A stretch of 64,000 nucleotides of DNA from an uncultured Chthonomonadaceae bacterium (GTDB lineage: Bacteria > Armatimonadota > Chthonomonadetes > Chthonomonadales > Chthonomonadaceae). The stretch covers positions 800,001-864,000 of the forward strand of contig CAWFQB010000004.1 of the NCBI GenBank assembly GCA_963817895.1. Direction: 5' to 3'. The notes below the pieces were generated by a model that did no database searches, was not told where the DNA came from, and saw only the letters and a list, made by a program, of their open reading frames with translations. This document shows, piece by piece, positions 62,157 through 64,000 of the stretch (position 1 is the stretch's first letter; each line of letters opens with the position of its first letter). The translations under genes and the position numbers were made by a program.

Positions 62157-64000
62157 TGTCTATCCGTGATCGCAGCCGAAATACCGAGTCGAAAACTGAG
62201 GGCGTTTTATGCCTGCTTGTGCTGGTGTTTCTGCTTCCCCTGTTGCTGTTGACTTACCTTGCCAAAACCTCCGCGCCGATTCCTGCCAACGCCATTTATA
62301 TCAATGACAGCGATGTGACCGCAGAAACGTTGACGAGCGCGTTCGGCGTGGATAAAACCGTTGTGAACCGCTTGATTGAGGAACGAACCCGCCGCAAAGG
62401 TTTTGAAAGCGTCGGGCAAATTCTCGCGCTTCATTTACAGCCCCCAACAACCACAAGCCCCCAACCGCCAATTGCCAATCATCAGTTATCCTCCCCATTA
62501 CTGGAAGGAGAAAACGCGCGTGTTGTGGAAAGCCGGGTTCTGGTACGACACGCTTCGCAGGTATTTCGTTCATTCGGGCTTGTGGGAATTGTGTTGGCGC
62601 TGATGGTTTTCTTTTTGCCGATAGCGTTGCGACAGAAGTGGCGTGTTGGCGGCGATCCGTTTTTGCTGCCTTTAACGTTTTTGCTGTGCGGATTCGGCAT
62701 TGTGATGCTGTTCAGTTTGAAAGACCCACTGCGGGATGCAATGGCATATCGGCATCACGCGCAGGGTATTGTTATAGCGCTGGTGGCCCTCGCGTTCGCT
62801 TCCCGCCTGACGCCGCTTGCCCGCCAGAAAATCCGGCGCGTACAGTACGTGTGGGTGCTGGCGTCGCTGGCATTGGTCGGGATGCTGTTTGTGTTCGGCA
62901 GGGGGCCGGAGGGCGTAAAGCTGAACTTATTCGGCTTTTTCCAGCCCGTAGAGGCCATCAAGCTGATGCTCGTCTTCTTCGCCGCCGGGTATTTGTCGGA
63001 GCGGGCGGGACTGATTGCGGATGCGTCGAGCGCGTTCACGCCCTCATTCCTTAATAGTCTGCGCAAATCGGACGGCAAACCCCTGCTCGCGTTTTCGCTT
63101 CCCCGCCGACAAGATTTAGGCCCTGTTGTAGTGATGTTCGTGGTAGCCCTTGTGATGTTTCTGGTCATCAAAGACATGGGGCCGGGACTGTTACTGTTCG
63201 CTACTTTCATCGCGGTGTTGTACCTGACAACCGGAAAAAGCAGTTTTGTCGTTATCGGGGCTGTTTTGATGCTGTTGGGCGGGTATCTCGGTTATATGCG
63301 GCATGTGGGCGTGTTCGGCACACGGGTAGACATGTGGCTGAATCCGTTTGCCAACGCGCACCCGAACGGGATGCAGCTTGGGCAGGCGTACTGGGCATTG
63401 GCTTCAGGCGGATGGGAAGGCAGCGGTTTGGGGTTGGGGATGCCGAACCTGCTTCCACGCGGTCAGGACGATCTGGCGTTCATCAGTTGGTCGGAAGAGA
63501 CAGGATTGTTGGGCGCGTGGCTGGTACTGATTGTGTTTGTCGGATTGGTGTGGCGCGGCCTGCGTATCGCCCTTCGCGCCGGTTCGGACATGGATCGCGC
63601 CCTCGCGTTCGGCCTGACCGCCCTGCTGGGACTGCAAACTCTGCTGATTCTGGCGGGCGTGACCGGATTGTTTCCCCTGACAGGAATCGCCCTGCCGTTC
63701 CTCTCTTACGGGAACAGCGCGTTGGTGGCGGACGCTATTTTAATAGGAATGTTACGCGCCATTTCCGCCCCGACGACGGGCAGGGAAGCGCGGCCTGAAC
63801 CGGGCCGAGATGTAACACGCGCCGCGCAGACGTTCGGGTTTGCGTTGACGGCGGCATTGCTTGGGATTGTCGGCGTGTGGCGATTGGGGCAGATGCAATT
63901 ATGGCGTTCTAATGAGATTGCGCTGCAAACCATTTCCACGCCGGATAAAGACCGCGTGGTTCGCCCGCACCAGAACCCGCGCCTGCTTGCGCTTGCCAAC
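62157..64000 (+). CDS. FtsW/RodA/SpoVE (SEDS) family protein with N-terminal HhH-like segment; partial, frameshift near 62295
   Basis: FQPVEAIK, KDMGPGL, LASGGWEGSGLG, WSEETG, PLTGIALPFLSYG; the frame stays open to the window end. Confidence 0.88.

Overview
A roughly 60% GC bacterial chromosomal segment. The HEAT-repeat proteins with LLRA tails and the SARP-type STAND regulators suggest an Armatimonadota-like organism, which is an inference. Housekeeping genes include thyX, a DapA-family enzyme, deoB, recQ, queD, dapF, an F-type ATP synthase cluster (atpZ-I-B-E-F'-F-H-A...G, without atpD/C), tRNA-Leu(CAG), two tatA/B-family genes, secG and an FtsW/RodA-family gene running off the right end. 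Transport genes encode a sugar ABC system, a NatAB-like ABC exporter, MgtE and a ClC channel. Accessory content comprises two AfsR/SARP-type STAND regulators, a decayed C5-methyltransferase/DUF3883 island, an RloA/RloB-like pair, an orphan SUKH-4 gene plus a toxin remnant inside the atp cluster, and a peptidase-S74 repeat protein with a HAF-repeat protein beside the tRNA. Four patterns stand out. (1) One promoter geometry (two 11-bp-spaced TGT repeats with a -10 box 17 nt after the second) occurs four times around the regulators; one copy precedes only a ~60-nt terminated RNA. (2) The methyltransferase island is flanked by a 213-bp gene-end duplication whose 12 differences are all synonymous. 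(3) Palindromic 7-9-mer tandem repeats are widespread and several are translated inside proteins. (4) Single-base frameshifts are frequent, even in atpA and atpB, and are most likely long-read assembly errors.
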